A program made the position numbers and the translations under genes. DNA of 63,178 nt, filler included, from Octopus bimaculoides (Eukaryota), in the NCBI RefSeq assembly GCF_001194135.2. It is 5 parts of 4 records of this genome, joined end to end, with 100 filler letters (N's around TTAATTAATTAA, not from the genome) between each part and the next. Parts side by side here need not be neighbours in the genome. Positions count along the whole stretch, not along the records: positions 1 to 13,727 come from NC_069000.1; positions 13,828 to 22,700 come from NC_068985.1; positions 22,801 to 51,522 come from NC_068983.1; 2 more parts are not named here. The stretch is one strand, 5' to 3'. Each line of letters begins with the position of its first letter. The first letter of the stretch is position 1. The notes beneath the pieces were generated by a model. The model was not told the DNA's origin. It was given only the letters and a program-made list of their open reading frames with translations, and ran no database searches. Shown here piece by piece: positions 11,565 through 23,989 of the stretch.

Positions 11565-12247
11565 TATATGCATGCATGATAGGCTCCTTTCAGTTTACAT
11601 CTACCAAATCCACTTAAAAGGCTTTGGTTGATCTGGGGTTCTCATTAGACGGTCCCACACAGTGGGGACTGAACCCAAGAGCACACAGTTGGGAATCAAG
11701 CTTCTTAACCACATAACCACACCTCCACTGTGTAATATTTCTAAAAAACACTATAATATACTGTATTTGTGATCTAATATTAGATGACAGTGATGTTTGT
11801 GCATAAAATTTTTATAATATATTATATCTGTGATGTAAAATTAGACAGCAGTGATGTTATATTTTGTTTTGTATCTAGTTTGCAAGATTCTTAATGTGAA
11901 TTTGTGTGTTGAAACAAATTTTGTTGTGTCTAGGGAGAGTCATTATGTCAATATAATTAACACACACACACTGGTTTAATTCCACTCCTTTTCTTTATTA
12001 TTAGTCAATTGGTTAAATATCCAACTAATTAATTTGCTACTTGAAACCTTTTCAATGACCAACTGGCACTCCGTCGGTTACAACGACAAGGATTCAGTTG
12101 ATCCGATCAACGGAACAACCTGCTCGTGAAATAACATGCAAGTGGCTGAGCACTTCACAGACACGTGTACCTTCAATGTAGCTTCTCAGGGAGAGTCAGC
12201 GTGACACAGAATGTGACAAAGCTGGCCCTTTGAAATATAGGTACTAC

Positions 12248-12897
12248 TCATTTTAGCCAACTGAGTGGATTGGAGCAACGTGAAATAAAGTGTCTTGCTC
12301 AAGGGCACAATGCATCGCCAGAAATTGAACTCATGACCTCAGGACCTTTTCAATGACCTTTCAATTTGTATAAAAAGAAAATTCAAGATACAGAAGAAAT
12401 TTTTTTTAAATATCTGAGAAAAAATACAAGAAATCTCCATCAGCTTGTAAAGGATACTGACTATTAGAAACTTCCTCTATGACATTTTTAATACTCTGTT
12501 GGACCCAACTTTTGTGTTTGTCCAATTGTTTTTCTTTTTCTTCTAGAGATTCAATCTCCTTTTTCAANNNNNNNNNNTCATTTTAGCCAACTGAGTGGAT
12601 TGGAGCAACGTGAAATAAAGTGTCTTGCTCAAGGGCACAATGCATCGCCAGAAATTGAACTCATGACCTCAGGACCTTTTCAATGACCTTTCAATTTGTA
12701 TAAAAAGAAAATTCAAGATACAGAAGAAATTTTTTTTAAATATCTGAGAAAAAATACAAGAAATCTCCATCAGCTTGTAAAGGATACTGACTATTAGAAA
12801 CTTCCTCTATGACATTTTTAATACTCTGTTGGACCCAACTTTTGTGTTTGTCCAATTGTTTTTCTTTTTCTTCTAGAGATTCAATCTCCTTTTTCAA
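12248..12897. repeat. Exact 320-bp tandem duplication across a 10-N gap (probable assembly artefact)
   Basis: 12248-12567 appears identical to 12578-12897 and includes the 3' part and donor site of the E2F exon. Confidence 0.85.
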
Positions 12898-12949
12898 ATT
12901 AACAAGGCGATCTGATATTTCTCTTGAATTACATCCTGGTCCGGCACCC
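12788..12949 (-). CDS. E2F4/5: E2F4/5-like, coiled-coil exon (most 5' exon visible)
   Basis: tttgaAG / GTatcc sites. GAGPGCNSREISDRLVNLKKEIESLEEKEKQLDKHKSWVQQSIKNVIEEVSNS matches E2F4 [46 protein letters not shown]. Upstream DNA-binding-domain exons (RHEKSLGLL, RRIYDITNVLEG) were not found by eye. Confidence 0.95.
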
Positions 12950-13453
12950 CTTCAAAGAAAGAAAGAAGATTGACAAAATTAGTATGAATAATCGACCATG
13001 GACACATTAAATAAGTAAACAAACACCAAACTTTAAGGTTAGCAGTCTGTGGCATGCCATCTTTATGATGAAGTTGATGACATGTTCATGAGAAACAAAT
13101 CATTTAATCATTATGTGTGTTTATGTATGTGTGTGTGTGTGTGTGTGAAGACACATAACCTAGTGGTTAGGACGTTGCGCTCACAATTGCAAGATCATGG
13201 TTTCAATTTCCAGAGTGTCTCACATTGCTCCAGTCCACTTGACTGTAAATGAGTAACCTTGCAATAGACCAGTGTTCTGTACAGAGGGAATTACGCCAAC
13301 CCACTGCCTGCCGAGCCAGTTGGGTGACATCATTCACAAGCTACAAGGGTGTCAGGAACAACAAACATTACTGTATTTTAACCCCAGGAAAAGATGTTTT
13401 CCTGGGGTTAAAATGTAGTAACATTTGTTCACACAAAAGTGGCAACAGACATT

Positions 13454-13495
<42 letters not shown>

Positions 13496-13727
13496 CTCCT
13501 ATCTTAGAAAGAACTTTTCCCCCACCACCTCCTCTTCCGGTCTTTTCATCATGTAACCTCGTGGGCATCGGTACCATTTTCCTCTTTCTCCGTTCTTCCA
13601 TTCTCCGAACTTTCCATCTTTCCGACGAAGGGCTACGCCCGAAACGTCATACACTCTCTCTTTCCTTTCCTGAGCGTCCAATAATACTATCCATATCACG
13701 TCCTCACTTTGTTGTTTTTTTGTTATT

Positions 13728-13827
13728 NNNNNNNNNNNNNNNNNNNNNNNNNNNNNNNNNNNNNNNNNNNNTTAATTAATTAANNNNNNNNNNNNNNNNN
13801 NNNNNNNNNNNNNNNNNNNNNNNNNNN
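13728..13827. other. 100-bp gap placeholder N44-TTAATTAATTAA-N44 (also 22701-22800, 51523-51622, 53465-53564)
   Basis: Identical layout at four sites. TTAATTAATTAA places stops in all six frames, consistent with an artificial scaffold marker for gaps of unknown size. Confidence 0.9.
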
Positions 13828-13829
13828 GT

Positions 13830-14066
13830 TAGTTCCGTGACGGCCAGGTTTATGTTATTTATTATTGATGTTGTTTTATTGTCTATTTTGATTTTTGGGA
13901 GATATAATCTGTGGTCCATTGTAAGATCTGTGGTTTTCGGTTCTTCGGTTATTTTCATTTTCATAGTATCGTAATTATTAGGTTTCCCTTCGTTATTTCC
14001 AGGCTTTATATTTGTTTTGCCTTCCTTTTCATTCATATGTTTGTCTGTGGTGTTCTGGATTGGTGC

Positions 14067-14131
<65 letters not shown>

Positions 14132-14300
14132 GGTACCGCACTGTACAATATCGTGAAGTTGTTGATTGAAGACATTGTGTCTACCATTTGTTAAGTCAGA
14201 CAGTATTTTACGCAATATGCGGGCAGTTCCACGGTTCAAGAACTACATAAATTATCCTTGCTTGGAACTCAAGAATTCTTCGTAGAGTTCATGCATCATG
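13830..14300 (-). mobile_element. R4/Dong-like (RLE) non-LTR retrotransposon fragments on both sides of an (ATT)n tract
   Basis: GTARILRKIL C-terminal motif (~14200-14230) and LPKIKID.KT..IINNINLAVTEL upstream-ORF-like segment. Confidence 0.55.
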
Positions 14301-14429
14301 ACCAATAAAACAAGTGTCACTTTAGTCTGCTGCTTGTGGTCCGCTGAAACGTTCCATCATACCCAGCAAAATAGGGTGTCAGTTTTTAATATCGTAATAA
14401 TAATAATTATTATTATTATTATAATTAAT

Positions 14430-14950
14430 TTGTTTATTGGCCACAGGGGCTTACATAAAATTACATTAAAACACATACAATGACATAAAAGATAAAATCA
14501 GGACGATAAAATGGGTTTTACAACGTGTAAACAATATAACAATTTAAATTAAACAATTTAAAATCCCCATTAGGACCTCGTGAAAAAACCCACAGAAGTA
14601 ACGGGTGCCCGAGCAACGGGGCTAGAGACCTTCTTTTGTTTAAAAGGGCACGCTCAGAATTGGTCCTTTCACACTGGTCATTATTCCAACATTCACCCGC
14701 TTTTCATCAAACTTGTTACAAGGCAACCCATCTCTCTCCACCCTCAACTTCGTTTTCAAGTGAAGCTTGAAAAAGTTGATGTGGGCTTGGCCAAATAGGA
14801 AAGTGCCTGTCTTTAGCACTTTCAAACGAGTCCACCATACAACCACTTTCGCTCCAGCCACTAGACAAATAAAACTTGCCTTTCCCTCCTGGACAAAAGA
14901 GGGTGTAGTGGAAATCTTCACAATGAATTCCGCTGATAGGGTACACTAGA
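14430..14950 (-). mobile_element. L1/Tx1-clade LINE 3' end fragment
   Basis: LSAEFIVKI...AKVVVWWTRLK....INFFKLHLKTKLRVER... followed by a 3' UTR and (AAT)n; family call from recalled similarity. Confidence 0.6.
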
Positions 14951-15011
14951 CACATATATCAAAACCATATGTACACGAAATGGTGATTTCATAACAAGAT
15001 AATGATGAAAC

Positions 15012-15013
<2 letters not shown>

Positions 15014-15042
<29 letters not shown>

Positions 15043-15084
15043 AAGAAGAAGAAGAAGAAGAAGAAGAAGAAGAAGAAGAAGAAG

Positions 15085-15130
<46 letters not shown>
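15014..15130. repeat. Compound microsatellite (AAG)n(AAC)n, representative of many (AT)n, (AC)n, (AG)n, (ATT)n and (CAT)n tracts in the window
   Basis: Read directly from the sequence. Confidence 0.95.
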
Positions 15131-15692
15131 GCATAAACAGTATCCACAACAACACTAGCAAAAACAACAATAATGATATATATGTGCTTATTTTCTTGAA
15201 AATTTGCGGTGTAATTTCGCAGTGTTTTTTGTAAAATAGGTCTAAAAATGATTTCATATTTGTTATAAATTACACTATTGCCATTAGAATTATAGAGGTC
15301 ACACTGAAAATATTTCAAAATTTGGCGAAAGAGAATATTGCATACTATATTCTAAAAACTTATTTGAGGATAGAAGTTGAAAGTGCACGAAGAAACTGGC
15401 TTCATTGCTCCTCCAAAGAGATAACATTCCTCTTTACTGGAGTGAAAACAATTTCCTGGTATGAGATAATATAGTATTACAGTTATGATGAATTCCGCAG
15501 CTTCTGACAAACAGTAAAGTTTCTTATACTATACCGAAATTGTTTAAATGCTACAAATGTCTGCTACTTGTTATTCGAAGTATATGACTATATAATAAGA
15601 ACCTATAGGCGAAGCCTACAATGTGATTTCATTCTTTCATTAGAATTTTTCCCTTTCATACGCCTCAATGGGCTTTAATATGTTTTATATAT

Positions 15693-15742
<50 letters not shown>

Positions 15743-17083
15743 NNNNNNNNNNNNNNNNNNNNNNNNNNNNNNNNNNNNNNNNNNNNNNNNNNNNNNNNNN
15801 NNNNNNNNNNNNNNNNNNNNNNNNNNNNNNNNNNNNNNNNNNNNNNNNNNNNNNNNNNNNNNNNNNNNNNNNNNNNNNNNNNNNNNNNNNNNNNNNNNNN
15901 NNNNNNNNNNNNNNNNNNNNNNNNNNNNNNNNNNNNNNNNNNNNNNNNNNNNNNNNNNNNNNNNNNNNNNNNNNNNNNNNNNNNNNNNNNNNNNNNNNNN
16001 NNNNNNNNNNNNNNNNNNNNNNNNNNNNNNNNNNNNNNNNNNNNNNNNNNNNNNNNNNNNNNNNNNNNNNNNNNNNNNNNNNNNNNNTATATATATGAAA
16101 TTCGATTAGAAGTTATGTTAACCTTCATTTTCTTTTTCTACTTTATATACACATGTTTTTGTATGCACGTATGTGTTTATATCGCTATACGTATGAGAAT
16201 ATGCGATGCACTCTTCACTGGAAACAGTCACTAACAGATCGCTTTTGTACATTATACAATTTCTATCAGGTACGTAGAAGCATTGCATACAGTTTTTATA
16301 CAGCTATGTAGCAGTACTGAGGATTTCCAGACCACAAGATAAAACGATATTGTTTTTACGTGTTTATTTATTATGCAGGCGTAATCAACTTCTTCATATT
16401 CAAGAAAACCTGCAGTAAATACGAAAGAAAACGAGTAGAAATAATGAAGGCTAGTAATTCTGTCATTAGATTAGCTTTAAAAAGGAATACATACGATTTT
16501 CTTATCACGAAATACACTTTCCTGCTTTATAATTACAAGTGAATGTTTTTCAATACTTTTTCGATTTACTTTTCGTTTATATCCTTCTTATTTGTACAGC
16601 TGTCATGATCTTGTTTTCTTGCTTGTATTATTGCATTTAGTGTCATGTGCAATGTAATATTTTCTCTCGATTTAACATTTTTTTTCTTATAATAATGAGA
16701 GAATAATATAACTGCGTTGCTTGAGTGCTACGATGAAGTAGTCAAAATCGCCGTGTCTTCCTACTTAAACCCACATGAAAATATTATATAATCAAATAGT
16801 AAAGTTTAGGGGTTTGAAAGAGAACATATTTCTAACATGTCTTCTGCATCTAGCATCTCTTTATCGCATGGCTTTAGTCAAAAGTAATTATTCTGTAACT
16901 AGTGTACTCATATATATTAATGATTTATTTCCGATTTTATGAATGCTTGAAAGCTTATACAAATTATACCGCATTAATAAATTCCTCAACACTCATAAAT
17001 GTTTAAAAAGATCTTTCGAAATAAGGTATTAAGTTCTCTCTACTTTCTCTTCCAGATAATAACCGTATGCGCCTGTGTGTCTT

Positions 17084-17119
<36 letters not shown>

Positions 17120-19922
17120 NNNNNNNNNNNNNNNNNNNNNNNNNNNNNNNNNNNNNNNNNNNNNNNNNNNNNNNNNNNNNNNNNNNNNNNNNNNNNNNNN
17201 NNNNNNNNNNNNNNNNNNNNNNNNNNNNNNNNNNNNNNNNNNNNNNNNNNNNNNNNNNNNNNNNNNNNNNNNNNNNNNNNNNNNNNNNNNNNNNNNNNNN
17301 NNNNNNNNNNNNNNNNNNNNNNNNNNNNNNNNNNNNNNNNNNNNNNNNNNNNNNNNNNNNNNNNNNNNNNNNNNNNNNNNNNNNNNNNNNNNNNNNNNNN
17401 NNNNNNNNNNNNNNNNNNNNNNNNNNNNNNNNNNNNNNNNNNNNNNNNNNNNNNNNNNNNNNNNNNNNNNNNNNNNNNNNNNNNNNNNNNNNNNNNNNNN
17501 NNNNNNNNNNNNNNNNNNNNNNNNNNNNNNNNNNNNNNNNNNNNNNNNNNNNNNNNNNNNNNNNNNNNNNNNNNNNNNNNNNNNNNNNNNNNNTATATAT
17601 ATATATATATTATAATGGTTTCGACACTTGTACAACGTATGGTAGGGCCTATGCCATAATTTGTCTAATGGAATTTATAATATTCAGTGTTAATAATCAG
17701 CATGCACACGTTGGGCGACGGGTAACATTAGAAAGAGGAAGATGGCGACTGACAGGCAGTTTCCGCCTACCAAATCCACTCACAAGGCTTTGATCTGCCC
17801 AATGTTCTATGTTGTGGGAGTGAACCCAGAACCATGTGGTTGGGAAGCAAGCTTGTTATATTTAACAATGTACTGTAATGGTTATAGGGCATTGTTTTAA
17901 ATGTTTCTGAAACGAGACATGTATTGATAGCCGTTGAACTCCGATTAAAAACACACGAACGACCATTGAACTACAAGAGAATCGAAATCACAAATCATAA
18001 CCTGTTAATCCAAACACCAAATTCTTTAACTGATAACCCAAATACATTTTCATTTTAAATACCTTGTTTTATTTCTATAATTAATTTGTTACTAACCAAC
18101 CTCTTCTTGCTTAGATAAACTAAACACAAAAGAAAATCGAAGACAATAACGATGGAAAACTAGAGGGAAAAATACATACAACCAGAAAATATTAGCCGAA
18201 AAAAAAAAGATGTTCCATTCAATCTTTTCTCTTCACAGCCTTTTTCTGACATGTTCATAAACAGCAATGAACAAGATTTGTTGTGGCATTTTGGGCGTCC
18301 ATAATATATTAGAAATCATTCGTAATGTATACTTCTTATTCATGTTTTTCTTGTTTTCTACAAGTTTGTTATTTTCACACTTGCATATTGTAAGTCTCTA
18401 TATTTACGTGCATGCGTGTGTGTCTTTAGCAAATACATACATAAACACACAATCATTCATACACACAGACGTATACATATATTAAAATATTAACATTATA
18501 TATTAATGTGTGCATATAAAATTGGTTGCGCATACGCACGCACACACACACACATACAGACGCAGGGAGGGAGAGAACTGTTGGACACATACTGGTATAT
18601 GCACTCCCATACATACATCCACACACACACACTCACACAAATACAAATGTACACAAATATATTGTCTTTTTTCCACGTTTTGTCGATTCTTTTCATTCCA
18701 ATTTCGATAGCTATATATCTGCAATCATTATTTCATTAGTGAAGAGAACATTTCGATCAGAATCTATACAAATGGCAACCAATGCAGAGGTTATCGACGA
18801 GGGCAAATCTCTAGAATCGGGTTCCATTTAGAAAGATGTTTAAAATTCCACATTTGTTCTTTTTCATTTTCTTTGTTCATTTTTATTTACTCTTGTACAT
18901 TATTTTTTTTCTGTATTTCTCATTATTACTTTTATTGCCGTTATTTTCATTGTTTATTATTATTGTTCTTCTGCTTCTTCTTCTTCTTCTTATTATTATT
19001 ATGGTACTTTGAGTTTTTCTTATTGATGTGGTTCTTTTTAATGTTGCGGTGTTTATATGTTTTTATATTGTCTGTGTTGCTGTTATTTCATTGTTGTTGT
19101 TTTCTAAATGCTGTTGATGATGCTGTTGTTGATGTTATAAATATCAAGGTGACAACCTGGCAGAGTCGTTAGCACGCCTGTTAACAAGCTTAGCAGCAAT
19201 TTGTCCTCCTTTGGTTTTGTGTTTCCGTGGGGATCGAAGTTGCGTTTCATCCTTCAGGATCGTAAAATAATGTGCTAATATTTGAATGAATTATTACTAT
19301 TATTATTGGTGTTGATGTTGTGGTCTTTGTATTGTCATCATCCTCCTTGCTGACCTGTGGGTTTATGTCGAACACTTGTGGACACGCGTAGGACTGATCT
19401 GGCTATCAGCTGAGTCCATCGTGAATATCGCCCCACCGTGCTCCTTCGGCCAGGAAGCTCAGACAAGGTTTCTTTTTCGGGTGGCTTTAGTGCTAGTGGT
19501 TGCGTGGTGGTCCAGGTTGAAGGGCTACAGACAGAGAAGCTTCAATTAAAACAGAAAACGACGGGAGAGAGGGAAGTGCTGGATCCCAGCAATTGTGTTA
19601 AGGGGTAGGTGAATGTACCGCGAATGACCAGAGTGAATGATACTGCTCTCAGCATGCGTTACTCCTAGATCGTCGTTGGATGAATTGGAGAGGTCACTTG
19701 CCCTAGAGGTCGGGGTAATCATGGTGTTTGTGGGGTTTCCATGAGCACCACTTGGAAACCTGCTGCATTGTGGGATTTATTTGTTGTAGCTATTTCGTTT
19801 TTTGTTAGTACCACTTTACAAAATTTTAATACCGCACATTTTGTTTGGTGTTCTCTTGTGCCGTCCCCAATCTATTATATAAAACATGTGTGCAGAGTAA
19901 TGAAAATATTACTATTATTATT

Positions 19923-20475
19923 GAGTGAGAGAACAGTGAATGCCATCAAAGTGACACTGGCGTACAGTGATAGAAAGCCCAGTATACCCATTATGACAGC
20001 TCGACTCGTAATTGTATGCGAGGCATATGCATCACAAGTACATGTGCGCGACATGGTAATATGATATCAAGATAAACAGCGCATGACCTGGAAGGTCGAG
20101 CCCAGTTAGAATTTCCTTAGTTCGAGCAGCCCATTCAGGTCAATAGATCCCTGAACAGAGGTTGTTTAAGCATGTTGAGTGAAACACTTATGTTTCTAAA
20201 GGTAAATTATTCAAACACCACAGAATTCCGCTGAAAACATGGCTATGATGCATCCCCACTACTTTTACTCATGATCAGAGATGCACATATCGTAAGTCAT
20301 TATGAGAAATTCTCGACATTGAGGTCAAACAACTGACAAGCAAATCTGGGGTATTGATCAGAATACTTGCTGTAGTTCATCTTTTATACCAAGACAAAAC
20401 AATGTCCATAATAACACTTCCAATTGGTTAAGATCAGAAGCAATGAGAGCAACTGTCTAGTACTGCATCAGAGCA

Positions 20476-20548
<73 letters not shown>

Positions 20549-21616
20549 GTGTGAGAGAGCAATGCATACAATTAAAGTGACACTGGGGTAAAGTATACGA
20601 AGCCCAGTATACCCACCATGACTAAACGTCTGATGATGGTACATCAGGCATATGCATCATAACCATATGTGCGGGACATTGTAATTTCATATCAGGATAA
20701 ACAGCGCATGATCCTGCATATCGGGGCCTGGTTAGAATTTCGTGCAGGTCGAGTAGCCCATCCCACTCAAAAGGTCCCTGCATAATGTTTGTTTAAGGAT
20801 ATCGAACCAAAACCCCATATTTCAAATGTAAATTATCCAAACACCAAAGAACTGCTCCCAACACATGGATGTGAATCTCTCCCACTACTTCTGCTCGTGA
20901 TCAGACGTGCACATATTGTCATCCACTAAGAGACATGCTCAAATGGTTATGGTCAAACAACTGACAAGTAAATCTGTGGTATTGAGCAGATTATTTGTTA
21001 TAGCCCATCTTTTATACCTAGACAAAACAATGTACATGAGGACACTTCCAGTCAGTTAAGATCAGAAACCATATTAGTATTATTGACTGAGAGAGCAGCA
21101 CCTAACATCAATGTGACGCTGGGTTACAATTATACGAAGCCCAATATACGCATCATGGCTACCAGTATGATAAGGGCGCACCAGGCACAGTGGACGATAT
21201 GGCGATCTCATATCAAGATTAACAGCTCATGACCTTGCAGGTGGAGCGCAGATTGAGGAGCCCATCCCGCTTAAAAGGTCCCTGAATAAGGTGTGTTTAA
21301 GGATGATGAACGAAACGCCCATTTTATGAAAGACGAATTATCCAAACTCCATAGAATTCCTCTCAACACATGGCTATGATGCTCCCCCACTAATTCTGCT
21401 CATGATCAGAGATACTCATATCGTCAGCCACTAAGGGACATGCTCAACACGTTAAGGTCAAGCAAATACCAAGCAAATCTGTGGCATTGAGTACAATAAT
21501 ATTTGCTGTAGTCCATCTTTTATACTAAGACAAAACGACATAGAGATTAACAGTTCCAATAGTTTAAAACCAAAAGCCATGAGAGTCACTGCCTGGTACT
21601 GCATCAAGGCATGTGT
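19923..21616 (-). mobile_element. Three tandem ~530-550-bp copies of a (TAA)n-associated retroelement-derived unit
   Basis: Copies 19923-20476, 20549-21072 and 21085-21616 share colinear sequence and are separated and flanked by (ATT)n. Confidence 0.8.
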
Positions 21617-21617
21617 A

Positions 21618-21680
<63 letters not shown>

Positions 21681-22622
21681 TATTCTTGATATTACCACGT
21701 GCTTTAGTTGCACTACCGAGCGCACATGTGTGTGTTTTGGTTGTGTGTTGTGAGTTGTCACAGTGAAATAATAAAAGAATGGCTCTCGTCCGGTTGATCA
21801 GGCGCTCGTGTCTTTTGTGTGTTTTTCCACGTGGACCTTTAAAGCGCCTCCTTCTATTGAGATATTTTATCGTTTAATTTTTAATTGTTTTTCTTAACAT
21901 TTACACGCGCTAAAACCCATTGTATCGTCCGGATTTTGTCTTTCTGTGTTATTCAATGTTCTTTAATGTTGTTTTATGCTAGTCCTTGTAGCCCATAAAA
22001 GAACTAATATATTATTATTATTATTATTATTATTATGATTATGATGATTATTATTATGATTATTATTATAAATCATCATTATTATTATTATTGTTGGTGT
22101 TGTTGTTGTTGTTAATGTCGCCATTGCAAATACTTATTTCTGATATGTTATTCCCCTTCACATTAAACTTGCAGCAAATTAAACTTACTTTTGTCGCTTC
22201 CGTTTTTATTTTTTTCCCTGTTGTTTCTGTCGTCGCCGCCGCCGCCGCCGCATTATTTCCCTAAATGATGCTATTGAACTGACAGAAGTAGCCGGTTCAG
22301 TATTACTAATAATGCTACCAGTTATGCTACTTCTAACAGCAGTAGTGGTAGTAGCAGCAGCAGCAGTTGTGGTGCCAAAAGTAATGATAATTTTTATTGT
22401 GTGTTTTGTTATTACTCTTTACTCTTTTAATTGTTTCAGTCATTTGACTGCGGCCATGCTGGAGCACCGCCTTTAGTCGAGCAAATCGACCCCAAGCCTT
22501 TTTCTTTGTAAGCCTAGTACTTATTCTATCGGTTTCTTTTGCCGAACCGCTAAGTTACGGGGACGTAAACACACCAGCATCGGTTGTCAAGCGATGTTGG
22601 GGTGATAAACACAGACACACAA

Positions 22623-22688
<66 letters not shown>

Positions 22689-23114
22689 ATATATATACAT
22701 NNNNNNNNNNNNNNNNNNNNNNNNNNNNNNNNNNNNNNNNNNNNTTAATTAATTAANNNNNNNNNNNNNNNNNNNNNNNNNNNNNNNNNNNNNNNNNNNN
22801 TATGTATATATATATATATACTTTGGGTATGGTAGATGAGTTCAGCAAAAATTTAGATTCAGGTGAATATGGTACTTAAGTAGAGGCACCAGAATCTGTA
22901 CGGTATTATCCATACAATTTCAAAGTAAGGTGAAGCGAAATAGGAAGTTCTAAAATCTCTATAAGAGGTGTAAGTAGTAACAATACTGAAAAGTAATGTT
23001 TGTTGCTACTTCAACATGGCTGTTCCGTACGGAACTACGTTACTACCAAGGGGACATCTCCTCCAGCTGATTAACGACACAACCTGTGTCCGATATATTG
23101 CTAGTAGGGAAGCG

Positions 23115-23695
23115 GGATCTTTTTTAAAACGGGGGCCACATTTTTCATTAACGAAACACTTTGAAACTTGGAACACTGGTAGAATGTGTCATATAAAACA
23201 TCTTTTTCTCTTAGTCTTCTTTAAAAAAAAAGAAATCCATAAGTTATTCCATGTTAAAGTTGTCGTATTTCTGTAATTTCACCCAATCACTGATGTCCAT
23301 TCAGCCGATATACATTAAGTGCCGACTACATAAACAAACGATTCTGAAACAATTAACCCTAACCCTAACCCTAACCCTAGGGTTAGGGTTAGGGTTAGGG
23401 TTAAAGCAAATTTAAAATGAAAAAAGCAAATAAAACGAAGGTATGGAGATTAAATACGCTTTACATCGCTTAATCAGCCAAAGGAGTAAATGTAAACAAC
23501 TGAATACTTGTCAGTGATTGGTTGAAATTATCGAAATAAGACAATTTTTTACATGAAATAAATTCGAATACAAAAATATTTTTCTGTTCTATAACACAAA
23601 ATAGATAAGTATACGAAGTTTGAAAGTCTTTCCGTACCAAAAAACACTACGTAAAACATTAATGAAAAATGTGGCCCCCGTTTTAAAATAGATCC
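23115..23695. mobile_element. Inner non-autonomous DNA transposon (37-bp TIR, 8-bp TSD; Merlin-like) with a telomeric palindrome
   Basis: TIR GGATCT(T/A)TTTTAAAACGGGGGCCACATTTTTCATTAA with 1 mismatch. TSD GGGAAGCG at 23107-23114 and 23696-23703. Confidence 0.88.
23353..23404. repeat. Perfect 52-bp palindrome of telomeric repeats (TAACCC)4-TA-(GGGTTA)4
   Basis: Read directly; centre at 23378/23379. Confidence 0.97.
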
Positions 23696-23989
23696 GGGAA
23701 GCGAACCCTTACCATCTAGCGTTCATAAGACCAGTAGACCGGTATGGTTTCAGGGTATTTCCCTTCGTCAGTACTAGATACATGTCTGCTAGACATGGCA
23801 GTCGTTCGTCCTAGCTCGCAATATATCGGAGACAGGTTGTGTCATTAACCAGCTGGAGGAGATGTCCTCCGGGGGTTAAAAGAACGGTAGTAACGTAGTT
23901 CCATACGGAACAGTATGGTGAAGTGGCAACAAACATTACTTACATATATATTATCAGAAATATATGGCATTATATATTCATCACAGCTG

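Larger units (their letters stand above)
22991..23941. mobile_element. Outer MITE/foldback element with ~115-bp imperfect TIRs, interrupted by an inner MITE
   Basis: aagtaatgtttgttgctacttc...ctgttccgtacggaactacgttactacc...ccgatatattgc (22991-23106) is the reverse complement of ~23812-23941. No clear TSD. Confidence 0.8.

Noticed and set aside
13148-13215. tRNA gene (also heads of SINE families A, C, D)
   Set aside because: Only degenerate A/B boxes with no complete cloverleaf; continuous with SINE bodies.
15685-17793. Long ORFs in the supplied track (also 6634-6990, 28708-29108, 47034-47513, 53087-53456)
   Set aside because: They run through N gaps or microsatellites. Only the 6895-7005 part is a real exon, and 47170-47297 is a PLE fragment.
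18773-18831. ATG-initiated MATNAEVIDEGKSLESGSI as the first exon of either gene
   Set aside because: No resemblance to the V1G or E2F N-terminus; no strong donor before the stop.
23353-23404. Relic of a chromosome end-to-end fusion
   Set aside because: Fusion gives (TTAGGG)n-(CCCTAA)n. The order here is reversed, and the array sits inside a TIR/TSD-bounded element.
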